A stretch of DNA of 64,000 nt from Eledone cirrhosa (GCA_964016885.1 OZ024752.1:21328001-21392000); one strand, 5' to 3'. Positions 13,131-26,476 are shown, counted from the first letter of the stretch. Numbers and translations are program-made. Notes: generated by a model not told the origin, from the letters alone.

Positions 13131-16100
13131 TGAGAATGCAAGCACTCCTCCTTGTTTCGGCCCAGGATGGCTAACATAACCCCATCCCCCCCCCCCCGCG
13201 CCCCACCGCTCCCACCCTCCAAACGCAATCCAAAACTTCAGAGTTGGTACCATGAATGTAGGTACCTTAAAGGGTCGCTCTAACGAGGTTGTAGAAATGC
13301 TTGAACGTAAGGAGGTCGATGTTTGTTGTATTCAAGAGACCAGGTGGAGGGGAGGGTCGGCTAGATTCATCGTGGGTAAAGAACGATGCTATAAGCTTTT
13401 CTGGGTGGGAAATGACAATGGGTTGGGTGGGGTAGGAATCATGGTAGCAGAAAAGTGGGCAGATAAGATAATAGACGTAAATAGAGTGAACGACAGAATA
13501 ATTAAAATAAGACTTGTCCTCAATAAAACTACGGTGACAGTAATATCTGCGTACGCACCCCAATCCGGACTGCCCCGCGCTATAAAAGACAAATTCTACG
13601 AGACACTGATGCTCGCTACCTCCCAAATAACTGACAGTGACTATATAGTTATTGCAGGCGACCTAAATGGTCACGTTGGACAACATTGTGACGGCTATGA
13701 CGGAATCCATGGAGGCTATGGGTTCGGTACTAGAAATGAGGAAGGCTCCAGAATCCTGGAATTCTGCGACGCAAATAACTTAACTATCTGTAACACTAAC
13801 TTCAAAAAACGAGACAATCACTTGATCACCTATAGATCGGGGGAACACACAAGCCAGGTAGATTATATCCTTACCAGAAGACGTGACAGAGTGTCTGTTG
13901 TTAACACTAAATCCCACCCCCATGAAGAATTCACCTCCCAACATAGACTGATAATTAGCGACCTCATAGTCAGGACGAGACGTACTAGACAGCGGAAGAG
14001 GACTATCCTCAGGAGAAAAATATGGAAGCTAAAGGACCCCATAGCCAGAAATAAATTCCAAAGCATATTACTTGACGCTTTCGACAGTAAGGAAGAGCAA
14101 TTAGAGTCGTATAATATAGAGGAACAGTAGGAATTCCTGAGAGCAAACCTGCTGAGGGCGGCAGACGAAGTCTGTGGCTGGAGCAGGCCTGTAGGTAGGA
14201 GGAGAGTAACATGGTGGTGGAACAGTAAGGTGGAGGAGTCAATTAAGGCCAAAAAGCAGGCTTGGAAAGTATGGCGGGATGGGGGAAGTAGAGAAGACTA
14301 TCAAGTGGCCAGGAGGGAAGCTAGGAGACAAGTGTACTTCGCAAGAAGGGAAGCAGAGGAAAGAAAGTTCAAGCATGTTCTACAACGTGAGGACCAAAAA
14401 CGTGAGGTGTTCATGATTGCCAGGCAATGTGTCAAGGAAAACCGTGATATTGTCGGGGAGAAGTGTGTACTTAACGATGATGGCATACTTGCCATCACCG
14501 ACGCTGATAAGAAGGTAGCTTGGAAGTGTCACTACGAAAGGCTTCTAAATGAGGAGAACAAATGGGAGAAAGACAGTCTCCCCCAGATCGATCCAATAGA
14601 GGGACCAGCAGTGTTAGTTGAAGGTAGTATAATAAGTAAGGCAATCAAAGATATGAAGACGGGTAAGGCGGCTGGGCCTTCGGAAATAGTTGCTGAGATG
14701 CTGAAGGCATCTGGTTCGGTGGGACACACCATGGTCACCCGGATAGTTAACCAAGTCGTACAGAATGGGGTTGTTCCGAAGGAATGGCGTAGCAGCATCA
14801 TCGTTAACTGCTATAAGGGAAAAGGAGATGCCCTAGATAGGAGTAACTATAGAGGCATTAAATTAATCGACCAGGTCATGAAGGTCACGGAAAAAGTAAT
14901 AGCGCAACTAATCAGAGAGAGAATTGATCTAGATGAAATGCAGTTCGGGTTTGTGTCAGGCAAAAGTACCACAGACGCTCTTTTCATTGTACGACAACTA
15001 CAGGAGAAGTACCTAGCTAAAAGTAAACCCCTATACTTAGCTTTCGTCGACTTGGAGAAAGCCTTCGACAGAGTCCCCCGTTCCATTATCTGGTGGTCTC
15101 TTAGAAAACTAGGTGTTGACGAATGGCTTGTGAGAGCTATACAAGCCATGTATAAAGAAACAGTCAGTAAGGTTAGAATTAACAACGAATATAGTGAAGA
15201 GTTTAGCGTAAAAGTTGGTGTCCATCAGGGCTCTGTTCTTAGCCCCCTACTATTTATTATTGCCCTTCAGGCTATAACAGAGGAGTTCAAGACCGGCTGC
15301 CCATGGGAACTCCTATACGCAGATGATCTAACGCTCATAGCTGAATCAATGACCGAACTAGAGAAGAAATTCCAAACGTGGAAGCACGGCCTAGAATCAA
15401 AAGGCCTTAAAATTAACCTGGCTAAGACTAAAGTTCTAGTTTGTAGGAAAGAAAATAAGGCGGCGGTCCCATCGGGGAAATGGCCATGCTCAGTGTGTAG
15501 GAAAGGCGTAGGTAGAAACTCCATTTTATGTCCCAAATGCAAAGTATGGGTGCATAAAAGATGTAGTGGGATCACAGGTAAGCTAACTAAGAACATAGAT
15601 TTTACATGTGGCCGGTGCTCTGGTGCAATAAGTAGCAGCAAGTGCCCACAAAATACTAGCTCCTTCAACTGCGCAGAGGGTTCTATAGAAATAGTGGACA
15701 GCTTCCGTTATCTGGGTGACAAAATCAGCAGTGGGGGAGGGTGCTCTGAAAGTACAGTAGCTAGAGTCAGAACTGGATGGAAAAAGTTCAGAGAGCTTAT
15801 ACCACTATTAGCCGCTAGAGGGTTCTCCCTAAAAATGAAAGGCAGGTTATACGATGCCTGCATACGAACAGCAATGCTGCATGACAGTGAGACCTGGGCA
15901 TTGTGTGCAGAGGATATACGCAGACTAGAGAGGAACGAAGCTTGCATGCTCCGCTGGATGTGCAATAGTAATATACGTGAACGGCAAAGCATAAACGAAC
16001 TAAGGAAAAAATTAGAAATAAGAGGGATCAGATGTTGTTTACTCGAGAGAAGGCTACGTTGGTACGGTCACGTGATGCGCATGAAAGACGACAGCTGTAT

Positions 16101-16773
16101 AACAAAGTGCAGGGCAATAAAGATAGACGGTAGCCACGGAGTAGGCAGACCCAGAAAAACATGGGACGAGCTGATAAATTCCGACCTCACACGCTTACAC
16201 CTCTCCAAGACAATGTCACTGGACCGAGACCTTTGGCGGTACTCAGTAATAGAGAAGACCCGCCTTACCTAAATACAAAGTAAAAACCTACTACAGTCAG
16301 TAGGCATCTCTATCAAAACACACCCCCGTCCCTCCACCCCACCCACACCGCCCCTTTCAATGTAAAGTTATGTTGGTCCCACAACATCCAGGCCGAAACA
16401 AATGAGATCGTGTAGGTGTCACGACAAAAAACACACAGTCCACGCTGTAAATGTGGCCGTGTAGGCAACACGGTAAAAACCTCCCAGCCCCACACTGTAA
16501 ATGTGGTTGGTGTTAGGAAGGGCATCCAGCTGTAGAAAACCCGCCAGACAGTCCACGCTGTAATGTGGCCGTGTAGGCAACACGGTAAAAACCTCCCAGC
16601 CCCACACTGTAAATGTGGTTGGTGTTAGGAAGGGCATCCAACTGTAGAAAACCCGCCAGACAGTCCTATGCGAGCAAAACAACCACTCTTGCCTCAAGTG
16701 GGAAAACCCCCGTCCAAACCCATGCAAGCGTGGAACACGGACGCTAAACCTGATGATGATGATGATGATGATG

Positions 16774-16775
<2 letters not shown>
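13131..16775 (+). mobile_element. RTE-type LINE, family A, 5' UTR truncated
   Basis: APE and RT ORF, 3' UTR with an internal duplication, (GAT)n tail, TA flanks. Confidence 0.93.
13252..16272 (+). pseudogene. RTE ORF (APE + RT + PHD-like finger) with one in-frame TAG at 14128-14130
   Basis: Motifs: NVGTL, IQETRW, YAPQ, GDLNGH, VDYIL, QFGF, FVDLEKAFD, GVHQGSVLSP, YADD, YLG. Sister copies have TGG at the stop. Confidence 0.92.
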
Positions 16776-16804
<29 letters not shown>

Positions 16805-16815
16805 TATATATATAT

Positions 16816-17612
16816 TTCGTTTCTGAATTTGTTTAGCAAGATTCTTTATCTGAAATCGTGTGTTGAAACCGATATTGTTATACTTTGGGAGGGTCATGTT
16901 GCCAATAAGAAACACATGCACCAGTTGCTTTCACTTCAATTTATTATAATAAATTTATAATAAATTTATAAATTTATAAATTTATAAATTTCTGGTTGGT
17001 TGGTTGGTTCCACAACCAGATAGTTGTTTATATATAGTCATAGTTCTTTCGTCACACACTCTGTGACCTCTTCAGTGACTGGGTATTCCTTTCTTTGTTT
17101 TTGTGCCTCTCCTTTGTTCTGTCCTACGCCATTTTGTTTCTGTGTGTGTGTTGTGTGCTCAGTCTGCGCATGCGCCACATCCGGGTGTCTGTGTGTGTTT
17201 ATGTTCATTTATTTATTTGCTTATTTACATGTTACTGGTTGGTTGTTTGTTCTATGTGTGTGTGTATTTTCATTTTGTCCTTAATTGTAAGTTGTGATGT
17301 TGCTGTTCCACTCATATTTTCTATTTAATTTTGGTTGTAATTCTTTTATGTTTATTGCCTCTGTAATTTGTCTAAACATTGTGTCTTTTCTGTGTGTAGA
17401 TTCTATTTTTATTTCTATGTTCTCTAATTTACCCTTGTGTTCTATTTTAGCATGTTGGTAGAGTACAGATGATTCTTTATTATCTTGAAGGTCTCGCCAG
17501 TGTTCATTTATCCGTTCCCCTACACTACGAGCTGTCTCACCTATGTACACTATATTTTTGTCTCTACATTGTCCTTCAGTACATCTTATGCTATACACTA
17601 CATTTCTATAGA
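16816..17612 (-). mobile_element. PLE 3' fragment: GIY-YIG domain (17281-17610) plus 3' UTR
   Basis: NVVYSIRC..C..VYIGETARSVGERINEH..H..EAINI..LNRKYEW. Confidence 0.85.
17036..17080 (-). ncRNA. Minimal hammerhead ribozyme
   Basis: Minus strand: AGTCA-CTGAAGA-G-GTCACA-GAGTG-TGTGAC-GAAA-GAAC-TA-TGACT. Confidence 0.82.
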
Positions 17613-18328
17613 ATCATGTCTATAGAATCATCAGATATTAAAATATATACTATTTCTTCTTCTAATTAGCATAATTAACCATATACAAAATCAAATCTAT
17701 CAAGCTTTAAGAATAAATTTTCTTATGGGGAAATCTCCGACAAACAATTGATCGTAGCCTCTTCGCGGCAGCCCCGTTCCATTATTTATCCAACATTTCG
17801 GCAGCATGCAGAATCCGACCAAATATACCATCAACCACACACAATTAGTAGTAAAATTAAACTTAGAAGAAATGTGCACATACCGTAATTATATCTCTAC
17901 CATGGTTTCTTCCTTATTTAGGACATCCAAATAATATGAATTATCCAGAGTTAGGATTCTTCAGGAGATAAACTCAAAATCAGACATTTAGTTTTTCTAA
18001 CCGATCGCGCCAAATTTAGATTCAAAAATGGCTAAAATCGCTATGTAGCTGTGTACCAGCCAGAGAGAAAGCGTGTGATTGGTTGCTTACGGCGGGTAGG
18101 CTTGCTGCTAGAAAGCGCAGGCATATATCGCCAAATTTAATCTCAACCAATTGGGAGATTATTAAATATAAAGGTTATCATATACATAAAATTAAAGATA
18201 TATATATGTTGCAACTGTTCACTTTTAAGCTCAATGAAGAATTAATAAATTAAAATCAAAAAATCAGAGCATTAGATCATAAATCATGTCTATAGAATCA
18301 TCAGATATTAAAATATATACTATTTCTT

Positions 18329-18379
<51 letters not shown>

Positions 18380-18410
18380 TATATATAATATATATATATA
18401 ATATATATCT

Positions 18411-21400
18411 ATCATCATCATCATCGTTTAACGTCCATCTTCCACGCTTGCATGGGTTTGGACGGGAGTTTTCCCACTTGAAGCAAGGTTTGTCGTCCTG
18501 CTCGTATAGGACTATCTGGCGGCTTTTCTACAGCTGGATGCCCTTCTTAACACCAACCACGTTTACAGTGTGGACTGGGAAGTTTTTACCGTGTTACCTA
18601 CACGGCCACATTACAGCGTGGACTGTGTGTTTTTTTTGTCGTGACACCTACACGACCTCATTTGTTTCGGACTGGATGTTGTGGTACCAACATAACTTCA
18701 CATTTAAGGGGGTGGTGTAGCTGGGGTGGGGGTGTATTTTGTTAGAGGTGCCTACTGACTGTAGGTTTCACTTTGTACTTAGACAAGGCGGGTCTTCGGT
18801 ACGACTGTGTAGCGCCAAAGGTCTCGGTCTAGTGACATTGTCTTGGAGAGGTGTAAGTGTGTGAGGTCGGAATTTATCAAGTCGTCCCAGGTTTTTCTGG
18901 GTCTGCCTACTCCGTGGCTACCGTCTATTTTTATCGCCCTGCACTTTTTTATACAGCTGTCATGCGCATCACAAGACTGTACCGACGTAGTCTTCTCTCA
19001 AGTAAACAACATCTGATCCCTCTTATTCCTAATTTTTCTCTTAGTTCGTTTATGCTTTGCTGTTCACGTATATTACTATTACACATCCAGCGGAGCATGC
19101 AAGCTTCGTTCCTCTCCAGTCTGCGTATATCCTCTGCACACAATGCCCAGGTCTCACTGCCATGTAACATTGCTGTTCGTATGCAGGCATCATACAGCCT
19201 GCCTTTCATTTTTAGAGAGAACCCTTTAGCGGCCAATAGTGGTATAGGCTCTCTGAACTTCTTCCACCCCATTCTGACTCTAGCTACTGTACTTTCAGAG
19301 CACCGTCCCCCACTGCTGATTTTGTCACACAGGTAACGGAAGGTGTCCACTATTTCTATAGAACCATCTGTGCAATGGAATGAGCTAGTATTCTGTGGGC
19401 ACTTGCTGCTACTTTTTGCACTAGAGCACCGGCCACATATAAAATCTATATTCTTAGTTAGCTTACCTGTGATCCCACTACATGTTTTATGCACCCATAC
19501 TTTGCATTTGGGACATAAAATGGAGTTTTTGCCTACTCCTTTCCTACACACTGAGCATGGCCATTTCCCAGTTGGGACCGGTGCCCTATTTTCCTTCCTA
19601 CAAACTAGAACTTTAGTCTTAGACAAGTTAACCTTAAGGCCTTTTGATTCTAGGCCATGCTTCCATATTTGGAATTTCTTCTCTAGTTCAGCCATTGATT
19701 CAGCTATGAGCGTTAGATCATCTGCATATAGGAGTTCCCATGGGCAGCTGGTCTTGAACTCCTCTGTTATAGCCTGAAGGGTAATAATAAATAGTAGGGG
19801 GCTAAGAACGGAGCCCTGATGAACACCAAATTTTACGCTAAACTCTTCACTATATTCGTTGTTAATTCTAACCTTGCTGACTGTTTCTTTATACATGGCT
19901 TGTATAGCTCTCACAAGTCATTCATCAACACCTAGTTTTCTAAGCGCCCACCAGAATATATATAACATATATAATATATATAATATACAATATATGCAAT
20001 CTATATATATAATATATATAATATATATCATATATATATATATATATATATATCATATATATCATATATATCATATATATATATATATATATCTTATATA
20101 TATATATATATCATATATATATATATATTATATATATATTCTCTCACAAGCCATTCATCAACACCTAGTTTTCTAAGAGCCCACCAGATAATGGAGCGGG
20201 GGACTCTGTCAAAGGCTTTCTCCAAGTCAACAAAAGCTAAGTATAGGGGTTTACTTTTAGCTAGGTACTTCTCCTGTAGTTGTTGTACAATGAAAAGAGC
20301 GTCTGTGATACTTTTACCTGACACAAACCCGAACTGCATTTCGTCTACATCAATTCGTTCTCTGATTCGTTGCGCTATTACTTTTTCTGTGACCTTCATG
20401 ACCTGGTCAATTAATTTAATGCCTCTATAGTTATCCCTATCTAGGGCATCTACTTTACCCTTGTTGCAGTTAATGATGATGCTGCTGCGCCAGTCCTTCG
20501 GAACGGCACCATTCTGTATGACTTGGTTTACTATCCGGGTGACCATAGTGTGTCCCACCGTTCCAGATGCTTTCAGCATTTCAGCAACTATTTCCGAAGG
20601 CCCAGCCGCCTTACTCGTCTTCATATCTTTGATTGCCTTACTTATTATACTACCTTCAACTAGCACTGCTGGTCCCTCTATTGGATCGATGAGGGGGAGA
20701 CTGTCTTTCTCCCATTTATTCTCCTCATTTAGTAGCCTTTGGTAGTGACACTTCCAAGCTACCTCCTTATCAGCGTCAGTGATGGCAAGTACACCATCAT
20801 CATGAAGGACACACTTCTCCCCGACAATATCACAGTTTTCTTTGACACATTGCCTAGCAATCCTGAACACCTCACGTTTTTGGTCCTCGCGTTGTAGAAC
20901 ATGCTTGAACTTTCTTTCCTCTGCTTCCCTTCTTGCGAAGTACACTTGTCTCCTAGCTTCCCTCCTGGCCACTTGATAGTCTTCTGTACTTCCCCCATCC
21001 CACCATACTTTCCAAGCCTGCTTTTTGGCCTTAATTGACTCCTCCACCTTACTGTTCCACCACCACGTTACTCTCCTCCTGCCTACAGGCCTGCTCCATC
21101 TACAGACTTCATCTGCCGCCTTCAGCAGGTTAGCTTTCAGGAATTCCCACTGTTCCTCTATATTGTACGACTCTAATTGCTCTTCCTTACTGTCGAAAGC
21201 ATCAAGTAATATGCTTTTAAATTTATTACTGTGGGGTCCTTTAGCTGTCATATTTTTTTCCTGAGGATAGTCCTCCTCTGTTGTCGAGTACGTCTTGTCC
21301 TGACTATGAGGTCACTGACTATGAGTCTATGTTGGAAGGTGCATTCTTCATGGGGGAGGGATTTAGTGTTTACAACAGACACTCTATCACGTCTTCTGGT

Positions 21401-22775
21401 AAGGATATAATCTATCTGACTGGCGTGTTCCCCTGATCTATAGCTGATCAAGTGATTGTCTCGTTTTTTGAAGTTAGTGTTACAGATAGTTAGGTTATTC
21501 GCGTCACAGAATTCCAGGATTCTGGAACCTTCCTCATTTCTAGTACCAAACCCATAGCCTCCATGGATTCCGTCATAGCCGTCACAATGTTGTCCAACGT
21601 GACTATTTAGGTCGCCAGCAATAATTATTTAGTCACAGTCGGTTATTTGGGAGGTAGTGAGCATCAATGTCTCATAGAATCTGTCTTTTATAGCGCCAGG
21701 CAGTCTGGATTGGGGTGCATATGCAGATATTACTGTCACAGTAGTTCTATTTAGGACAAGTCTTATTTTAATTATTCTGCCGTTCACTCTATTTACGTCT
21801 ATTATCTTATCTACCCATTTTTCTGCTAACATGATTCCTACCCCACCCAGTCCATTGTCATTTCCCAGCCAGAAAAGCTTATAGCATCGTTTTTTACCCA
21901 CAATGAATCTAGCAGACCCGCCCCTCCACCTGGTCTCTTGGATACAGCAAACATCAACCTCCTTACGTTCAAGCCTTTCTACAACCTCGTTAGAGCGACC
22001 TTTTAAGGTGCCTACATTCATGGTACCAACTCTGAAGTTTTGGATTGCGTTTCGTGGGTGGAAATGGTGGGGCGCGGGGAGGGGTGAGGGGGATGGGGTT
22101 GGGGTTATGTTGGCCATCCGCAGCCGAAACAAAGAGGAGGAGTCCTTGCCTTTTCATCTGGCAGCATGAGGTGAATTTGTCTTTATCTTTGGCATTGTCA
22201 CTGAGATTCCAGATTTTTCAGACTCTCCAAAATTCCTTAGTCCATCGATCATATCGAAAAGCAACCAGGAGAAGTGATAGCATAGGCCGCTGACTTATGA
22301 TTGGTCCAAATAATAATGGTGGAGAGTGGCGTATGGGGTAGTTAGCGAGAGGGTTTAAATAAAATCTTCGAATTTTGGGCATAATTGGACAAGCATATAA
22401 CAGTAATAAGCGAATAATGGGATTTTAAAATACAAGAAGATTATTTAGAACAACCAGATAGAATTATAGAATAGCACTGAGAAAGAGAAAAAGATTGGAT
22501 TCTGGGCAATGATATGGATATATGATTGAATGGACCGAGAGGCTGGAGAGACAAGAAAAAATGGCATTTTACATTACATGTTGCAGGGGAGCGAGCAGGT
22601 CTAACCATTAATAAGCGTTGACAAATTCTGAGATTCGTACCTCGTAACAGGTTTATTTATATTTGTTGAGAGAAGGGAGTGATTGAAAGGGTGAACCAGC
22701 AGGTGCGTATACGATAAAGGGGGGGGGGGTAAAGATTAAGAGGGACAAGAGGACCATTTTATAAATCCTAGAAAT
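18411..22775 (-). mobile_element. RTE-type LINE, family A, degenerate near-full-length copy, interrupted at 19956-20140
   Basis: ORF pieces 21629-22132, 21248-21451, 20141-21251 and 18949-19914. (ATC)n tail at 18411. The 5' boundary is uncertain. Confidence 0.88.
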
Positions 22776-23493
22776 ATAATATATATCATAAATATATATA
22801 ATATATATGATATATATAGTATATATATCATATATATATATAATATATATCATATATATAGTATATATATAATATATATATAATATATATCATATATATA
22901 GTATATATATAATATATATATAATATATATCTTATATATAGTATATATATAATATATATATAATATATATCTTATATATATAATATATATCTTATATATA
23001 ATATATATATAATATATATCTTATATATAATATATATATAATATATAACTTATATATAATATATATATAATATATACCTTATATGTAATATATATATATA
23101 ATATATATATAATATATATCATATATATAATATATATATATAATACATATCATATATATAATATATTTATAATACATATCATAAATATATATAATAAATA
23201 TCATATATATAATATATATATATATAATATATATCATATATATAGTATATATCATATATATATGGACAATATATATCATATATATATGTACAATATATAT
23301 CATATATATATATAATATATATCATATATATATATATATAATATATATCATATATATAATATATATCATATATATATATATAATATATATCATATATATA
23401 TATAATATATATCATATATATAGTATATATCATATATATATGGACAATATATATCATATATATATGGACAATATATATCATATATATATATAT

Positions 23494-23683
23494 AATTGTT
23501 TCTACTTTTGGCACAAGGCCAGCAATTTTCCCAGTGTATTACTGGTACTTTATTTTATCGACCCCGTAAGGATGAAAAGCAACGTTAACCTCGGCGGGAT
23601 TTGAACTCAGATCATAAAGGGAGGTAACTCTATGCTTCAAAGCATGGCGTCCCGACCCTCTACCGATACTGCCAATCCACCAT
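23494..23683 (-). mobile_element. tRNA-derived SINE (octopod-type)
   Basis: A box TGGCAGTATCGG, B box GAGTTCAAATCC, body CATCCTTACGGGGTCGATAAAATAAAGTACCAG. Other copies at 37229-37400, 24577-24655 and 32406-32458. Confidence 0.8.
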
Positions 23684-23734
23684 CATATATATATATATAA
23701 TATATATCATATATATATATATAATATATATATT

Positions 23735-24520
23735 TATTAAAATAACAGATTAAAGTTTAAGCAAAGAATCGCTGCTTTCACCCTTAACGGGATCTTCTGA
23801 AACTAACAAAGTCAATCTGTAAACGCAGAAGTGGATATTTCAAAAAACGTTGCAACCAGAGGAAGACAGGAAGACGATACTTTGGTTTGTGGAATCGTTC
23901 GCTATGCAAATAAGTAATGGTATAAACAAAACATACTTAGCTCCCACATCAAGACGTAAAATATCCACGTATAAATCGTACTATCCGTTAGGGTATAACG
24001 TGGGGCTGTAATACAGGAATGATTTGTGCAATTTATGTTTACAAGCCGAAATTGCCTCAGATTTTTTGTTTAAGATGCGGTCTGTGGCGTAGGGTATTTC
24101 CAGGGCCTCAGCGGTGCAGAGGTCACATGGTCTTTTATTTCCGTTATACGATCTAGCCCGAGCTAGGATCTCCCAGTGTAACTTATATTGGGTGTGGTTG
24201 TCTTTTAGACTCCAGATATAAGCTGAAAGTGACGTCATATTCCTTCTTAGAGGGTAACGAAAAGAATGGGTATGCATGTAAAGACGCTGCTTGAATCTAT
24301 TGGCGGTTAACCCTATGTAGGCCCTACGGGACGTGGGTCTTACAGCCTTACATTTGTAGACAATGTTACTAGAGAGGCATTTCCCGGATAGGGGGCAATC
24401 AACCCGAATCCTACAATTACAGTTAGTACTAACTACAGGGTTGCTCTACGGTTCTTATATATTTGATATATATTTATCTTTTTCGAGCCCTCTTTGGATT
24501 TTAGTCTTCAAATTTATTAT
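23735..24520 (-). mobile_element. PLE (Naiad-like) 3' fragment: GIY-YIG plus 3' UTR
   Basis: Minus frame reads CNC..CPLSGKCL..IVYKC..YIGLTANRFKQRLYMHTHSF..TSLSAYIW..CDLC..LNKKSE..CKHK. Confidence 0.85.
23755..23803 (-). ncRNA. Hammerhead variant (U4A)
   Basis: GTTT-CAGAAGA-TCCC-GTTAA-GGGT-GAA-AGCA-loop-TGCT-T-AAAC. Confidence 0.55.
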
Positions 24521-24576
24521 TATTACTATATTATATATATATATATAATATATATCATATATATATATATATATAT

Positions 24577-24655
24577 AATTGTTTCTACTTTAGGCACAAG
24601 GCCAGCAATTACCCAGTACATTACTGGTACTTTATTTTATCGACCCCGTAAGGAT
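24577..24655 (-). mobile_element. SINE 3' fragment
   Basis: Matches 23494-23573. Confidence 0.7.
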
Positions 24656-24689
24656 ATATATATATCATATATATATATATATATGTGTG

Positions 24690-25032
24690 TAGAAGTTCAA
24701 TTTAAATTGTTGGGATACAACAAGCAAATATTTTTATAACTGATATAAAGCACTTAACAAAATATTGGAGTAAAAATATGATATATTAACAAATGGAAAC
24801 TATATTTATAATACCATATTTATTTCATTATACATATTTCAAGGACCTTCCGCGAGCTTCCAACAGAAATGGTCGCATTCTTTAAGGGTATGTCAATATT
24901 TATTTATAAAACTGATCTATATTATATTTTATCTGATGAAAGCACACCATCATTTTTAACTTGGTGTCCTTGAAATATGTATAATGAAATAAATATGGTT
25001 TTATAAATATAGTTTCCATTTGTTAATATATC
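24690..25032 (-). mobile_element. Mini fold-back PLE, same family as 12198-12634
   Basis: Tail on the left (reverse complement of 12549-12634-like sequence), a short arm, and an inverted tail-less arm on the right. Confidence 0.75.
24926..24990 (+). ncRNA. Hammerhead ribozyme
   Basis: ATTTTAT-CTGATGA-AAG.ACACCA...TGGTGT.CTT-GAAA-TATGTA-TA-ATGAAAT. Confidence 0.75.
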
Positions 25033-25088
25033 GTATATATATATATATATACATAATAAATATCATATATATAATATATATTATATAT

Positions 25089-25983
25089 TACCTGGGTGAC
25101 AAAATCAGCAGTGGGGGAGGGTGCTCTGAAAGTACAGTAGCTAGAGACAAAACTGGATGGAAAAAGTTCAGAGAGCTTATACCACTATTAGCCGCTGAAG
25201 GGTTCTCCCTAAAAATGAAAGGCAGGTTGTATGATGCTTGCATACGAACAGCAATGTTGCATGTGTGCAGAGGATATACGCAGACTAGAGAGGAACAAAG
25301 CTTGCATGCTCCGCTGGATGCGTAATAGTAATATACGTGAACGTCAAAGCATAAACGAACTAAGGGAAAAAAAGAGGGATCAGATGTTGTTTACTCGAGA
25401 GAAGGCTACGTTGGTATGGTCACGTGATGCGCATGAAAGACGACAGCTGTATAAAAAAGTGCAGGGCAATAAAGATAGACGGTAGCCACGGAGTAGGCAG
25501 ACCCAGAAAAACCTGGGACGACTTGATAAATTCCGACCTCACACACTCACACCTCTCCAAGACAATGTCACTGGACCGAGATCTTTGGCGGTACTCAGTA
25601 TTAAAGAAGACCCGCCTAAATACAAACTAAACCTACTACAGTCAGTAGGCATCTCTAACAAAATACCCCCCCCCCATCCACACCTCCCCTTTCAATGTAA
25701 AGTTATGTTGGTGCCACAACATCCAGGCCGAAACAAATGAGATCGTGTAGGTGTCACGACAAAAAACACACAGTCCACGCTGTAATGTGGCCATGTAGGC
25801 AACACGGTAAAAACCTCCCAGTCCCACACTGTAAATGTGGTTGGTGTTAGGAAGGGCATCCAGCTGTAGAAAACCCGCCAGACAGTCCTATGCGAGCAAT
25901 TCAACCACTCTTGCCTCAAGTGCGAAAACTTCCGTCCAAACCCATGCAAGCGTGGAAGATGGACGTTAAACGATGATGATGAT
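25089..25983 (+). mobile_element. RTE family A, 5'-truncated, with small deletions
   Basis: YLGDKISSGGG through to the 3' UTR and (GAT)n tail. Confidence 0.9.
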
Positions 25984-25999
25984 ATATATATATTATATA

Positions 26000-26423
26000 C
26001 CAACCCTACTCACCGTCTCAACTCATTACTGCTATTAACACTTTTTCAACACACCTACACCCATGCACTTATTAAAGGGGGAGAAAAGAAACCCCCACCA
26101 CATCACAGACATGTTAAATCCCTATATATAGAACAACACACCACATACACATCAGTTTGACAAGCGCACCTCAGCGTGAAAGGTCGTTCTAAAAACGATA
26201 CAATACCTCCCGCGTTAACCAAGAACTCCTAAGACCTAACCAACAACCAACAACTTAATTTATAAAATAATTTAAAAAAAAAAAAAATTTTTTCTAATCC
26301 GGAAAAAAATTCTTTTTGGATTTTGTGAAGAAAATAAATTTGTTGAAAGCACAAGTGAAGCCATTTTTTCTCCCCCCCCCCTTGTCTTAATATACCTAAC
26401 TGTACCAAGGATTACACACATTT

Positions 26424-26428
<5 letters not shown>
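26000..26428 (+). mobile_element. Probable PLE 3' end with a U3-A8 hammerhead-like core at 26157-26210
   Basis: TTGACAA-GCGC-ACCTCA-GCGT-GAA-AGGT...ACCT-C. Downstream AACCAAC/AATTTATAAAAT resembles the 16816-17035 UTR. Stem I is not evident. Confidence 0.4.
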
Positions 26429-26469
<41 letters not shown>

Positions 26470-26476
26470 GATATAT

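Noticed and set aside
23494-23683. tRNA genes at the A/B-box sites (also 38780-38849)
   Set aside because: No full cloverleaf, and they are followed by SINE bodies and tails.
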